Positions 13,135 through 27,295 are shown, counted from the first letter of the stretch. The stretch: 64,000 bases of DNA from Eledone cirrhosa (GCA_964016885.1 OZ024740.1:74028001-74092000), one strand, 5' to 3'. Made by a program: numbers and translations. The notes: a model not told the origin generated them from the sequence alone.

Positions 13135-15012
13135 GGAAAAAGTAATAGCGCAACTAATCAGAGAGAGAATTGATCTAGATGAAATGCAGTTCGGATTTGT
13201 GTCGGGCAAAAGTACCACAGACGCTCTTTTCATTGTACAACAACTACAGGAGAAGTACCTAGCTAAAAGTAAACCCCTATACTTAGCTTTCGTCGACTTG
13301 GAGAAAGCCTTCGACAGAGTCCCCCGTTCCATTATCTGGTGGTCTCTTAGAAAACTAGGTGTTGACGAATGGCTTGTGAGAGCTATACAAGCCATGTATA
13401 AAGAAACAGTCAGTAAGGTTAGAATTAACAACGAATATAGTGAAGAGTTTAGCGTAAAAGTTGGTGTCCATCAGGGCTCTGTTCTTAGCCCCCTACTATT
13501 TATTATTGCCCTTCAGGCTATAACAGAGGAGTTCAAGACCGGCTGCCCATGGGAACTCCTATACGCAGATGATCTAACGCTCATAGCTGAATCAATGACC
13601 GAACTAGAGAAGAAATTCCAAACATGGAAGCACGGCCTAGAATCAAAAGGCCTTAAAATTAACCTGGCTAAGACTAAAGTTCTAGTTTGTAGGAAAGAAA
13701 ATAAGGCGGCAGTCCCATCTGGGAAATGGCCATGCTCAGTGTGTAGGAAAGGCGTAGGTAGAAACTCCATTTTATGTCCCAAATGCAAAGTATGGGTGCA
13801 TAAAAGATGTAGTGGGATCACAGGTAAGCTAACTAAGAACATAGATTTTACATGTGGCCGGTGCTCTGGTGCAATAAGTAGCAGCAAGTGCCCACAAAAT
13901 ACTAGCTCCTTCAACTGCGCAGAGGGTTCTATAGATATAGTGGACAGCTTCCGTTACCTGGGTGACAAAATCAGCAGTGGGGGAGGGTGCTCTGAAAGTA
14001 CAGTAGCTAGAGTCAGAACTGGATGGAAAAAGTTCAGAGAGCTTATACCACTATTAGCCGCTAGAGGGTTCTCCCTAAAAATGAAAGGCAGGTTATACGA
14101 TGCCTGCATACGAACAGCAATGCTGCATGGCAGTGAGACCTGGGCATTGTGTGCAGAGGATATACGCAGACTAGAGAGGAACGAAGCTTGCATGCTCCGC
14201 TGGATGTGCAATAGTAATATACGTGAACGGCAAAGCATAAACGAACTAAGGAAAAAATTAGAAATAAGAGGGATCAGATGTTGTTTACTCGAGAGAAGGC
14301 TACGTTGGTACGGTCACGTGATGCGCATGAAAGACGACAGTTGTATAACAAAGTGCAGGGCAATAAAGATAGACGGTAGCCACGGAGTAGGCAGACCCAG
14401 AAAAACATGGGACGAGCTGATAAATTCCGACCTCACACGCTTACACCTCTCCAAGACAATGTCACTGGACCGAGACCTTTGGCGGTACTCAGTAATAGAG
14501 AAGACCCGCCTTACCTAAATACAAAGTAAAAACCTACTACAGTCAGTAGGCATCTCTATCAAAACACCCCCCCGTCCCACCACCCCCACCCCATCCACAC
14601 CGCCCCTTTCAATGTACAGTTATGTTGGTCCCACAACATCCAGGCCGAAACAAATGAGATCGTGTAGGTGTCACAACAAAAAACACACAGTCCACGCTGT
14701 AAATGTGGCCGTGTAGGCAACACGGTAAAAACCTCCCAGCCCCACACTGTAAATGTGGTTGGTGTTAGGAAGGGCATCCAGCTGTAGAAAACCCGCCAGA
14801 CAGTCCACGCTGTAATGTGGCCGTGTAGGCAACACGGTAAAAACCTCCCAGCCCCACACTGTAAATGTGGTTGGTGTTAGGAAGGGCATCCAACTGTAGA
14901 AAACCTGCCAGACAGTCCTATGCGAGCAAGACAATCACTCTTGCCTCAAGTGGGAAAACCCCCGTCCAAACCCATGCAAGCGTGGAACACGGACGCTAAA
15001 CCTGATGATGAT
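13135..15012 (+). mobile_element. RTE family A LINE, 5'-truncated, uninterrupted RT/PHD-like ORF
   Basis: ORF 13184-14518 (444 aa, YADD); 3' UTR with two ~115-bp units; (GAT)n tail. Confidence 0.95.
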
Positions 15013-15292
15013 GATCATCATCATCATCGTTTAACGTCCATCTTCCACGCTAGCATAGGTTAGACATATATATATATATATGCGTGTGTGTGTGTGTATA
15101 TATACATATATATATATACAAAGAGAGAGAGAGGTAAATACATGCATACATAAGTTTAGGCATAGCTGTAATCGTAAGGAATTCGCTTTGTGACCACGTG
15201 GTTTTAGTCCTTCTGCAAATCACATTTAGCAAATGTCTTGCACTATAGCCCGTGAGTCAAATTTGGTCAACAGAATCTACAAAAGGCCATTA

Positions 15293-15323
<31 letters not shown>

Positions 15324-15523
15324 TCATATATGTATTTGAAACTTTGACAAAAAGAGATCAATAAAATATATGCCAGACTTGAAAAAATAAATATTGGGGT
15401 CTATATGCTTTTGCTTTGGTAGTCCGCCCCCTTCAGACAACCAAAGTAAAAGTATGAATTTTTTTAGTCCGCTCCCATAATTGCCCATATTTCCCCGGAA
15501 ACATTACCTTTTACCTAATTTTT

Positions 15524-15569
15524 CTGTCTGATGAAATCACATCAAATGTCATTGAAATATGTATAACGG
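15524..15569 (+). ncRNA. Minimal type-I hammerhead ribozyme
   Basis: CUGU-CUGAUGA-AAUCAC(7 nt)GUCAUU-GAAA-UAUGUA-UA-ACGG; 4-bp stem I, one stem II mismatch, AATAAA just downstream. Confidence 0.6.
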
Positions 15570-15647
15570 CTCAATTAATAAAGGACTCTTTAACATCTAC
15601 AACTTTGCATTTTCCTCTCTCTCTCTATCTCTCTCTCTATATATATA

Positions 15648-15910
15648 TATCAATGATATTAATAAATGGAAACTATATTTATAAAACCATATTTATTCTA
15701 TTATATATATTTCAAGGGTACCAAAACTTTGGTACGCGCTCATCAGATAAAATACGTTAAGGTCTGATTCCTGAGTATGTCACTATTTATAAAACAAACT
15801 TTGTATTTTATCTGATGAGAGCGTACCAAAGTTTTGGTACCCTTGAAATATATATAATAGAATAAATATGGCTTTATAAATATAGTTTCCATTTATTAAT
15901 ATCATTGATA
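15648..15910. repeat. ~108-bp-arm inverted repeat, each arm carrying a complete hammerhead ribozyme
   Basis: 15648-15755 is the reverse complement of 15803-15910 (about 2 mismatches, 47-bp spacer); UAUUUUAU-CUGAUGA-stem II-GAAA-UAUAUA-UA-AUAGAAUA. Confidence 0.85.
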
Positions 15911-16034
15911 TTATACTCCAGAAAATCTGTTGAGTACTTCGAATCTGTTATAAATATATTTGTTGAATTACCAACAAATTAAATATCCCTTTGCTTACAT
16001 ATATATATATATATATATAAATATATATATATAT

Positions 16035-17855
16035 TGCTAACCCTAACTTTGCTGACTGCTCCTCTCTACATGGCTTGTACAGCTTTCACAAGCCATTCAT
16101 CTACTCTCAATTTTCTAAGAGCCCACCAGATTATAGCACGGCGACTCTGTCAAAGGCTTTTTCTGGATCGATGAATGCCAGGTAGAGTGGCTTACTTTTA
16201 GCTAGGTGCTTTTCCTGTAACTGCCTCACAAGGAAGAGGGCATCAGTGGTGCCTTTTCCTGGTACAAATCCATGCATCTCATCTAGTTTTACCCGGTCCC
16301 TAATCAATTGTGTTATAACTCTTTCCAGTACTTTCATGACCTGGTCCATCAGCTTTATACCCCTATAGTTTCCTCTATCTAGTGCATCACCTTTACCCTT
16401 GTAGCAGTTGACAATGATGCTGCTGCACCAATCCTTTGGTATAGGGTTAGCAATGACTATAGCGAGGAATTTAGCATACAGGTCGGTGTCTACCAGGGCT
16501 CTGTTCTTAGCCCTCTCCTGTTCATTATAGTTTTGCAGGCAATAACAGAGGAGTTTAAGACCCATGGGAACTCCTATATGCGGATGATCTTGCACTTATA
16601 GCTGAATCTATGGTGGAACTAGAGAAGAAATTCCAAACATGGAAGCAGTGACTAGAAAGAAAGGGTCTCAAAGTCAACCTGACAAAGACTAAGGTTCTTG
16701 TAAGTAGATGAGAAAACAAAACCCAGATCCCCTCAGGGAAATGGCCTTGCTCAGTAAGTAGGAAAGGTGTAGGTAGGAACTCCATCTTCTGCCCCAAATG
16801 CAAACAATGGGTACACAAGAGATGTAGTGGGCTTTCAGGAAGCTTAACTAAGAATGTAGACTTCACATGTGGCAGCTGCGCTGGGACAGCAAGGAGCAAA
16901 CGACCACAGGAAACAAGCGCCACCAAACTCTGGGAGGGCTCTGTAGAAACAGTAGACAGCTTCTGTTACCTAGGTAACTGAATTAGCAGCGGAGGAGGGT
17001 GTTCGGAAAGTACAATAACTAGGGTAAGAACGGGATGGAAGAAGTTCAGGGAGCTACTGCCACTGCTAGCTGCAAAAGGCTTTTCTCTCAAAATGAAAGG
17101 CAGATTGTATGATGCGTGTATACGAACAGCAATGTTACATGGTAGTGAGACCTAGGTGCTGTCTGTAGAAGACTTGCGCAGATTAGAAAGAAACGAAGCT
17201 TGCATGCTCCGATGGATGTGTAATAGTAATATACGCGAACGACAAAGCATAAACAAACTGAGAGAGAGAGACTGAGCATAAGAGGAATCAAATGCTGTGT
17301 GCAGGATAGGTGGTTGCGTTGGTATGGACATGTGATACGTATGAATGATGACAGCTGCATAAAAAGGTGCAGAGCACTAGAAGTTGATGGAAGCCGCGGA
17401 GTGGAGAGACCCAAGAAGACCTGAGATGAGGTGATAAAAGCTGACCTTACCCAATTGCACCTCTCAATGGCGATGACAGAGGACTCTGATCTCTGGTGTC
17501 ACGCAGTAATACAGAAGACCTGACTTCCCACTGGAACAAGCCGAAGCTGAATCATATAGACAATATGCCCCCACCCTCTCCCACTGCAAAGGGGTGATGG
17601 AGGTGTCACGGCAAAAAAGCACCCAGCCCACACTGTAAAATGGATGTGTAGGCACCATGGAAAAAAAGCACCCAGCACTCACTGTAAATGAGGTTGTTGT
17701 TAGAAAGAACATCCAGCTGTAGAAATCAAGCCAGAATCAGTTCCTGTATGAGCAAGACAAGGTCAGCCGACTGGACACTGCTGACAACAGGACAACCTGT
17801 CTAACCCATGCTAGCGTGGAAGAACGGACGTAAAACGGTGATGATGATGATGATG
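16035..17855 (+). mobile_element. RTE family A LINE with 5' inversion
   Basis: 16035-16440 reads RT N-part on minus (PKDWCSSII...KAFDRV); ~16442-17855 continues RT, 3' UTR and (GAT)n on plus. Confidence 0.9.
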
Positions 17856-17929
17856 ATATATATATATATATCATCATCATCATCGTTTAACGTCCATCTT
17901 CCACGCTTGCATGGGTTTATATATATATA

Positions 17930-19680
17930 GACATCACTATCAAAATAGAAGGTGAGACTATAGTTACAAAGGTCTACAGTAAGACTAAGGATTTTAGCTT
18001 TAGGGTGGCTCGGATGCTTTTGCATCAAGCTGTGCACCAATATCCTTAGGATACAATGTTTTCTAGCGAAGTTATATGCTGTGGTAGAATAAGTAGCTAG
18101 ATGACTATTTTTTATGGAAGTAGTGAATAAACTTTTAAAACACATGGCTGGACAGGGATATAAAGAGAAATTTCAAATACAGCATATTAGATGCCTTGGT
18201 GCTAATAGGAAGATTTGGGGACAATTTGGGGTTATTTCTAGTTTGCAGATGAGAGACATAGGACTTTGAAATTTAACTTATTTGCCTTAAGGTAGTAGAA
18301 TCTTAACGTATTTAACATAGATTCAAAAATCTTTTCTAAAGATTGGTTTCGGTTTGCTATGGAAAGCATATAGTCTGAATTTATTTTAATTTATTCTTAA
18401 TTTTATTTATTTGTTTGTGATCTAAGGAAATTTTGGTATTTTTGACGTGAGGTAGTACATAGAAACTGTAGAACCTTAAACTGTATGCTATGATGACCTA
18501 CTTAAAATTTAGCCTTGTTTAGGGGTAATAAAATTCTATAAACATTCATTGGTATTCAATTGCCTGTGCTTGACCGAAGACATTGGAGAACTAGTGCCAA
18601 AGTACTGGTTCTCTTACTTTGTCAGCAACAACCAGACAAAATGGGTAAATCTTATTTTGTTAAAAAAGTTTTTGCTGTTTTAAAATCATGTGGTTGAATA
18701 TTTGAGCTTGTATATATGGTTTGCATTTGAGTATATATTTTGTTTATTTTATATTAATAATAACACTGAGATTTATACCTTTTACGTTGCTTATTGGTTA
18801 TAATATTTTCTGATATCATATATTTTTCATATATATATATAATCTTCATCATGGATTCATTTCGCTCGTATTGCTTGTTTCTTTGGGATTTTCCTTATTC
18901 TTGTTGTGGTTTATAGGATATGGAATAGTAACTAGATTTCTTGTGTTCTTTGTCTTTGATAGTTTTGTTTCTTTTTCTTCTTTGATAGTTTAGTATTTTA
19001 TCTAATTTTGATTATGTTTTACATTCGAGTATGTATATTATAATTATTTGAAACCCGAGCCCTCCGATCACATCACCTTGTGTGAATTACTTGAGGTTTT
19101 AGGTTAAGGATATATGGGAAAGGATGAAGCAAGGCCTATTACATAATGGGGTTGTAGTCGCTGCAGGTAATGATTGATATTTAATGTCTATTCTTGTACA
19201 GAAACTGTGTAATTTGATGGTCGCAGGTTCAAAAAGTGCATCTCCTCCATGCTCATTTTAGAGTGGAATATATGGAAGATGTCTAAGGTAGGGATTTTTA
19301 GAAGATGTCTTAGCTGTAATATAGACATTTAGTTCTTGACTGGCTTGGTTTTTACAAATATAATTTTTACAAGTTTGGAATCTGATGGTCTTGTCTACTA
19401 GATGCATTGTTTATTGTTGGATTCGTTTTCCAAGTGCATTTGCTTACATATAGGGCATTCAATGATTGCTTGTGTTTGTTCTGTATATATATGTATAGTG
19501 TAGTATAAGTGTATGTATATCTAGGGTAGTTATCAAAGGTAAATAGACTGGTTGGACCAATAACAGTCTTGTTTACGTTTTGTTCACAGTTATTATATAT
19601 ATTGCCAAACACTGTTAGTTATATCATAATTTAATTTACATATGTTTCATCCTAATGGGACTTGTCAGAACTAAATAAGA
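17930..19680. mobile_element. Highly decayed Penelope-like fragments in both orientations
   Basis: Plus: DITIKIEGETIVTKVYSKTKDFSF; minus: VVADK and ITCSDYN; hammerhead motif at the distal end. Confidence 0.5.
19629..19676 (-). ncRNA. Type-I hammerhead motif with core mutation (CUGACAA)
   Basis: AUUUAGUU-CUGACAA-GUCC(CAUUA)GGAU-GAAA-CAUAUG-UA-AAUUAAAU; 8-bp stem I, palindromic stem III. Confidence 0.65.
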
Positions 19681-19775
19681 TATAGATACCTCAACAGATT
19701 CATCTTGTCTAAAAATATACCATACCAGAAAACGAATTTCTCTCTCTCTTTCTTTATATATTTATATGTATATAC

Positions 19776-19817
<42 letters not shown>

Positions 19818-19818
<1 letters not shown>

Positions 19819-21050
19819 AGGACTTAAATTACTGTTGATACAAATCTTACTAATGCAAATTTCTTTGATGTGAACTTAGACCTAATCACAGCTTCACATA
19901 AACTATACCATAAGCCTAAAAAATTGAAATATATTCATAAAGCCTCATATCACACCTCTGCTGCTTTAAAAAAAAAAAGTTTCTGACATTAAACGTAGGA
20001 TCTTAAATTTATCACCAGCCAGGGAGATTTTCGATAAGGTTGTACCTTACTATAACCAAGCCCCCTTACAAAGTGGGTTTTAAGGACAAAGTTAAGTACA
20101 CACCCAATCATTCCCAACCATACTAAAAATACTAACAGAAAAAGAAGAATTATCTGGTTCACACCCCACTTTTTCCTTAAAGTAAAGACTAATGTAGGTT
20201 AGACATTTTTAGATTTATTAGATAGATATTTCCCCCCCCCACATCATCATCATCATCATCATCAGGTTTAGCGTCCGTGTTCCACGCTTGCATGGGTTTG
20301 GACGGGGGTTTTCCCACTTGAGGCAAGAGTGGTTGTCTTGCTCGCATAGGACTGTCTGGCGGGTTTTCTACAGTTGGATGCCCTTCCTAACACCAACCAC
20401 ATTTACAGTGTGGGGCTGGGAGGTTTTTACCGTGTTGCCTACACGGCCACATTACAGCGTGGACTGTCTGGCGGGTTTTCTACAGCTGGATGCCCTTCCT
20501 AACACCAACCACATTTACAGTGTGGGGCTGGGAGGTTTTTACCGTGTTGCCTACACGGCCACATTTATAGATATAATAAAATATTCAATCGTAACACTGT
20601 TAAGATATCCTATTCATGTGGACCCTCTATGAGATAAAAAATTACTCGAAAAAATACAACTGATGATAATTGAAGCTGCTCTTGTAGGATTAAAGAGAAC
20701 TACCCTCTTCAACAGAAATGCAATATCAAATCCGTTGTGTATGAGGCAGAGATTACACATAACACAGAACATTCTGAAGTTAGCGAAAGATCTGTCAGTT
20801 TAAGACAAGATTGTTTTAAAGAACATTTTACATGCATCTCCACTCCTTCAGGAATCCTGATATATATGAGAACCAGTACATCCCTAGTGAAAAAAGTCTG
20901 ACAATTAAAGGAGCAAGGAGTACCCCATAAGATATCTTGGAAGATACTCGAAAGATCTAATCCTTACACCAACAGTACTAAAAAATGTCATCTCTGTCTG
21001 AGTGAGAAATTTAAGTAGGTATGTATATATGAACTTATAACTCCTGATAG
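19818..21050 (+). mobile_element. Penelope-like RT-thumb/GIY-YIG fragment interrupted by an RTE 3' UTR insertion (20244-20567, minus)
   Basis: NANFFDVNLDL..YHKP, RRIIWFTPHFSLKVKTNVG, KIFNRNTVKISYSC, ISWKIL..KKCHLCLSEK. Confidence 0.85.
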
Positions 21051-21249
21051 AGTAATAAAGGTGCTGTTGTGACATACAGTGTGTCTTGAGTATTTTTAAA
21101 CCTGGCAGATGTATCTGCTGGGGACCAATAAATATCAGTACAAATTGCACTAAGATGCTTGATCTTTAGCTTTGAGCAACACAAGTATCCAGGATGGTAG
21201 AAGAACTAGTCAATATGGAGAGCAGTATTCTTAGAAATGTGTCGGTGTG

Positions 21250-22170
21250 GATTTAATGATTAGAGAACTACACCAAGTAAAAGAAACACCAACTAGATAT
21301 TGTGTAAAATTGGTCAAATCAATCATTATGTGCAGAAACTCAGAGAACTCCCCAAGCAAACTGAGGGCATTAAGACAGAGTGGAAATTGTTCAGCTCAGC
21401 AGTTTCTGCTTCAGCTGTTAAATGCTGTGGCTGAAAGAAGCTTTGTGTGGTGCCCAATGGCAGGAGGACCCGTTGGTTCAATCAAAATGTCAAAGATGCC
21501 ATCAGAGCAAAGAAGGAGATCTATAAAGCTGGGCATGCAAATATATCCTCTTTCTTGTACTTACGGTACAAGCAGGTATGAAGAATAGCAGCAGAGAAAG
21601 TATAGGCATCCAAAGTTAGACATGGGAGGACTTTGGGATTAAGCTTGAATGCGAATCAGCAAATAAAATGTTCTGGCAGATCATTTGCCAACTTCGTAAT
21701 AAGAAGTCCTCCTCCACACCTGCTATCAGGAACGCATCTGGGGTTCTCTTCTCTTCAGAGAGGTATGTCCTATGTTGCTGATCTCTTAAACCCAATCACA
21801 ACAGAATCTTATGATGTACAAGAAGTGTATCTGGGAGTGGTGACTAATCTCTCAGATGCTGGGGTCACAAGAGCAGTTAAAGAGCTCAAATGTGCCAAGG
21901 CCACTGGGGAAAAGGAAATCTAGCCCAAGATGTTAAAAGCCTTAAATAGAGAAGGTATTCTCTGGCTGACTTGTATGTGCTGAGTGTCCTGGATCTCTGG
22001 AAAGGCACCTAAGCAATGGCAGTCAGGAGTGATAATCTTGATTTTCAAAAATGGAAACAAGAGAGATTGTTCCAATTACAGCGGGATCTCCTTGTTAAGC
22101 CTACCCTATAAAGTCTATGTTAAGTGTCTGGCAAAGAGATGCAGGGAGATTGTCGAGTCCAAGCTTCTAT
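21250..22170 (+). mobile_element. Old LINE fragment (pre-RT/RT start)
   Basis: APKQWQSGVIILIFKNGNKRDCSNYSGISLLS. Confidence 0.7.
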
Positions 22171-23689
22171 AAACAATATAAATAGTCTGAAGTAGTAATC
22201 TGCATAATTATACATTGAGTATGAAAGAGTTAATATACACAACAAAGACTTTACAAACTTCCATTTCTAAAATACAATATTTTGTTTTCGTTTTCATTCT
22301 CTTATTTTTGTAGAGCTATATAAAATTTTCACATGAAATATATTTTAAATCTTTGGAAAATATGAAGTTGTAGGTGTATGCATGAATGTTATAAGTGTAT
22401 AAAGGTAATTTATTAGATGTGTATATATGAATGTGTCTCAATATATTTATCTATATATATTTTAAAATATCTTAAAATCATAATCATAATGACAATAATC
22501 CCATTTTGCACACATCACACCTTTCATTATTGCTTAAAGAATATTACTCAAAAGAAATACATTTTTATTGATTAGTATTGGCATTTGAGTTGATTGTTAT
22601 ATATGAACCAAGGAAATAGATCAAATAGAGACAAAAGCAAATAAACTGAATTATCCTCTAGAACATTGATGGCTATGGGCATGCTTTTTAACAATTAAAA
22701 TTAAGGAGAGCACGATTCTTCTTAAAATTATTGTTGCACCATATAAATAGCAATTGTTCCTGTTACATTTTGAATGTTATATCCTTCAGATTATTGAAAA
22801 CAGATACTTAATTTTTGCTTTTTAATTATTTAGTCATAGAATGAATATCATGCATGTTACACATCACAAAAAATACTCCATTCATACATATTTAACATCA
22901 TACATTCTATTGTTCATTATCTTTAGATATTTCTAATTCCAGCAAATGGTGGAAAGGGCTACTTTTGATTGAGACTAAATTTATACTTCGTGTTAAAGCT
23001 TATAGCTTCTTTTGAAATTGTTTTATTACCAAAAATAGTCTAAAGGATAAGAGTTCTGAAAAATAATTGAATCCAAAGTGAATGTATGCTAAAAAGCATT
23101 TTATTCTTTTATTGGTTTTAGTTAGTAGACTTTGGCCATACTGGGACACTGCTTTGATTTAGTCAATCATATTGACCTCAAGACTTATTTGTTCAGGTTT
23201 GGTATTTTACCGATATGTGTGTGTGTGCGATAGGATTCTGCAGTCACTGCCTACCAAATTCCCCTCACACAACATTGGTCACCCTAAGGCTATATAGTAC
23301 AGGACACATGCTCAAGGTGCTGTGCAATGGGACTGAACTCAGAACATACATGGCTGCAAAGTGAACTCCTTAACCCCTCAGCAATGCCTGCACCTACTTG
23401 TACAGGATATTAAAATAAAATTAGAATTTGCATTCATATAAAAATACCAATAGAAACTAAATATATCAAAGTTGTAGTAATATTAGACCTTACACCTCAT
23501 TCACCCTCATACTTTGTCTGTCATTGCTCTGTCTTATTCACCTTGTTGGTTAACATGCATAACCTTAGTTGGTCTCATTTGGGGACTCAGCAAGATCATT
23601 TGGAGATGGCTGCTGGTGTAGTAGCATCATTGCCAACTGCTACAAGGGTAAAGGAGACACACTTGAGAGAGAGTAAGAAAGAGAGACAC

Positions 23690-24722
23690 TTACTTAGAGG
23701 CATTAAATTGCTAGTTCATGTTATGAAGGTTACAGAAAGAGTAACAGCAAAACTAATTGATGAGATGCAGTTTGGTTTTGTATCTAGGAGAAACACTATC
23801 GATGCCATCTTCCTAGTTATACAGCTGCAGGATAAATATTTAGCTAAGAATAAGCCCCTATATTTATTTACCTGGAAAAGGTCTTTGACAGAATCCAATG
23901 TTCTGTAATTTGGTGGTCACTTAGGAAGTTGAAGTTAGAGAAGTGGCTTATGAGGATTGTACAGTTAGCAAGGTGATGGTTAACAGTGAGTACAGAGTTG
24001 AATTTAGCATACAGATAGGAGCCTATCAAAGTTAGTTATCAGCCCTCCTCCTGATTATTATAGTCAAGGTCATAACAAAAGAATTTAAAACTGGCTGCAT
24101 GGCAGTGAGATATAAGGCTTGAGTGCAGAAGATTTGCAATGGCTAAAAAGAAATTAAGTATGCATGCTTTACTGCATGTGTAATGTTAATGAGTGAGAAC
24201 AGCAGAGTACACAAGAGAGTCTGAGAGAAAAGCTGTGCATAGCAAGAATTGAATGTAGCATGCAAAAGATATGATTACACTGGTATGGTCATGTGAAGTA
24301 TAAAGAGAGCAAGAGTTCTACAAAAAAATATCAAGCACTTGAAATTGATAGATCTTGTGGTAGAAGGAGACAAAAAAAAAAGACACAAGACAAAGTTGTG
24401 GAGAATTACCCCAAGAAATTGAATCTCATAAAGGAGATGGTATATGACTGAGCTGATTGGTGATATGCCTTAATATAAAAGATCTGTCCACCAGTACAAG
24501 TACTAGATAAGCATGTGGCCTCACTAGTGCTGGTACCCTGATAAAATACACCCAGTACACTTTGAAGGTGGTTGGTGTTAGGAAGCGCACCCAGCCATAG
24601 AATCCATGCTAAATATCGATATATGAGCAAGATGAAGTCGCTCTGACCCATCTGGTCTTGAACTGAGACAACCTGTCAAACCCATGCCAGCATGGAAAGT
24701 GGTAATAAAATGACGATGATGA
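23690..24722 (+). mobile_element. Old diverged RTE family A-related copy
   Basis: DEMQFGFVSRRNTIDAIFLVIQLQDKYL, 3' UTR motif and GAT tail. Confidence 0.8.
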
Positions 24723-26929
24723 TTTTTGAAAAATGTCATAATCATAGTAATAACAAAAAGAGGAAGTAAGAAAGGATGAGAAGCCAGATAGTTACAACAA
24801 TGAATCTGTTAATCAAATCTTCTAGTCAACTAAATGATTTTTATGTTAGAAATTGGTTTAGAGAAACAAAACTCAATCTTGATTTAATGAGTTCTGAATT
24901 TAATTATTCAGTCATTATATCCATCTACACACATGGGAATAATCATATTTGTTTTTTGGTTTTTCAGTTCAGTTACTGAAAATTAAGAATACAGCTCACA
25001 AACAAACAAACAAACAAACAAACAAACAAACAAACAAAATAAAACAACACACAAAAAACATTGCATTTGTTCTATTACAGTAGCTCTGCATATCAGCCAT
25101 TCAATTTCTGTTTCATAAATTGATTTCTTTGTAAGATGATCCATACTATTATTTAGGAATGATGAATATACGAAAGCTGAGTGAAATTTCATTGATTACT
25201 TTAGATAGCTGATATAACTTAATCAATCTTATTTTCATATGTATTTTCCATCATTTGTTCTAAATACTTCAAAGCACTGATCATTCATATAACACTGATG
25301 CTAATGTAATGTCTCTGGTGGGCACAGCTTCCAGGAGAAAAGTTGTAGTTACAGAAATAAGATATTCCAATGCCTGGTATGCAAAAAGTTTTATTAAATT
25401 CTTTCTCAAATATTCTTTTGAAATATAATCATAACAGAAAATTAATCCAAGTCATCAATCAAATAAAGGTGACAGAAAAAATATTAAGTTTCTGAAACCA
25501 GCTGGCATTTCTGGAGTCAATGTTGCCTATGGAAGTTGTACTCCTAGATGATTAAATATAAAAATGTTGTGGACAAACAGAATATATAGATAAACATATG
25601 CTGAAAAAGTGACATATACACACATTGACATATTCATATATGCTCATGAAACATTCTTTTATTTTAGAACATCACCAGTAAATGATACTCTCCTCACCAC
25701 AAGAACTTAAAAAGACAAAAAAAAATAATCTAGTTATAAAGGTGAGGTTAAATGTTTCCAGCTTGAAAACTAGACAATCTAATGTGAATGACATAAAAAT
25801 AATGACAAATTATTACACAGAAGAAAAAAAATGCTGCATTTATCAAATGATATATTTTACATCAAATATGTGTAAAAATAATGATTTACAAAACCTTACA
25901 AAGTAAATCAATATGAATTATAGCGATGATGTTAAAGCTAACACATTGTTTTAAAAAAGAACAGAGAAAGAAAATAGACTAATTATATTTTAGGTTATAA
26001 TCAATACAAATATTTATTAGACTAATTAAGTTTCTAGGAATTCATATTGTGGTTTTTAAAGCAACCATTTCAGGAAGATGATGTCATATAATTTTAATTG
26101 AAGTTGACATGTTTGTAACTTAAATGGCCTAATGTCATCAGTGTATTGATGTAGAACTAGTTTGAGTATCACTTCTTTCTGAAAAAACAAAACAAAAACA
26201 AAAGCTGTTTGTTCAATTCCAGGAAATAAGAGATAGAAGTAGTAGAATATTTAAAATTTAAGTATTAAAAACATGTAATCAGAGAACATATAGAAAAACC
26301 TCATTGATGAAAAATATTGGTCAAGTGCTAATATGTAATTTGAAGACACAAAGAAGTGCCGCGTTATGTCCATATCAAATATGAAGGAATCAGTATTTTC
26401 TTGAGAACAGGACATTCACTTTTATGGCAGAGTGCAGAACAAACAGCATTTGTTGTGGCTCTTTGTACTTTATGTACTTACTTTTGAGTGTTGATAAAAT
26501 AAAGTACTAGTTCATGGCAGTGAATTGGCAAAAATGTTTGAGTGTTGATACCTTGTAGTATATGTTCTGGATCTTTATGATCTGAGTTCAAATCCCACTG
26601 TAGCCTATGTAAAGGATAGACTTAATCTGTCACCTATTTTAACACCCTCACATGTCCCTTTGGTGCCTTTAGTCAAAGTCCATTCTGTTGCAAGTATATA
26701 TATTAGATCTCTAGTATTAATATATCCTCCTCTCACTTTCTCATTAATTCATCAATCTCAGATTGGAGGCAATCCTTTCCTCATTGATTAAACAGTAAAA
26801 AAAAACAAAAAAAAAACAACAACATAGATACTTTCAAAACCTATAGACTTAATATTAAGAGAAATGTTTGTTATAAAAAAAGTAACTAGAGAAAGTGAGA
26901 AGTGAAATTAGAAAAAAAGATGCAGTTTG

Positions 26930-27295
26930 TATCCCATCTTAGGATGGGAGAAAAAAATTTCATATTTGGTAGGGTTCCATTGCTTTGAAGTAGACACCTT
27001 ATTTTTCCACATACTTGGCCCAGTGATTTTCCACTGTTTGAAGCATGTCTGGAATGCTTCTTCCAGAATGGATCTCAGCTCCACTGTCAGAGTCTGTATG
27101 GCATCCTCTTGGCTCTCCAAAAAGTTAAAAAGAGTGACATGTAAATGTGATAAGTCAGTAGTACAGCTCTACACTGCAGAATTTTCTCTCCTTAACATCA
27201 TTACTTCCCATAGAAAAATACTTTTTTCAGTCTTTGTAAATTCTTTCCATATTTAATTCTGTCCTTCCCACCCACTTATAGTCCTGATTTGAATT
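26930..27295 (-). mobile_element. Mariner transposase C-terminal remnant
   Basis: Minus ILEEAFQTCFKQWK; a PTYSPDL motif on the opposite strand at ~27270. Confidence 0.55.

Noticed and set aside
26040-26090. AUGA...AAA SECIS candidate on minus strand
   Set aside because: Helix II does not pair and the 3' GA spacing is wrong
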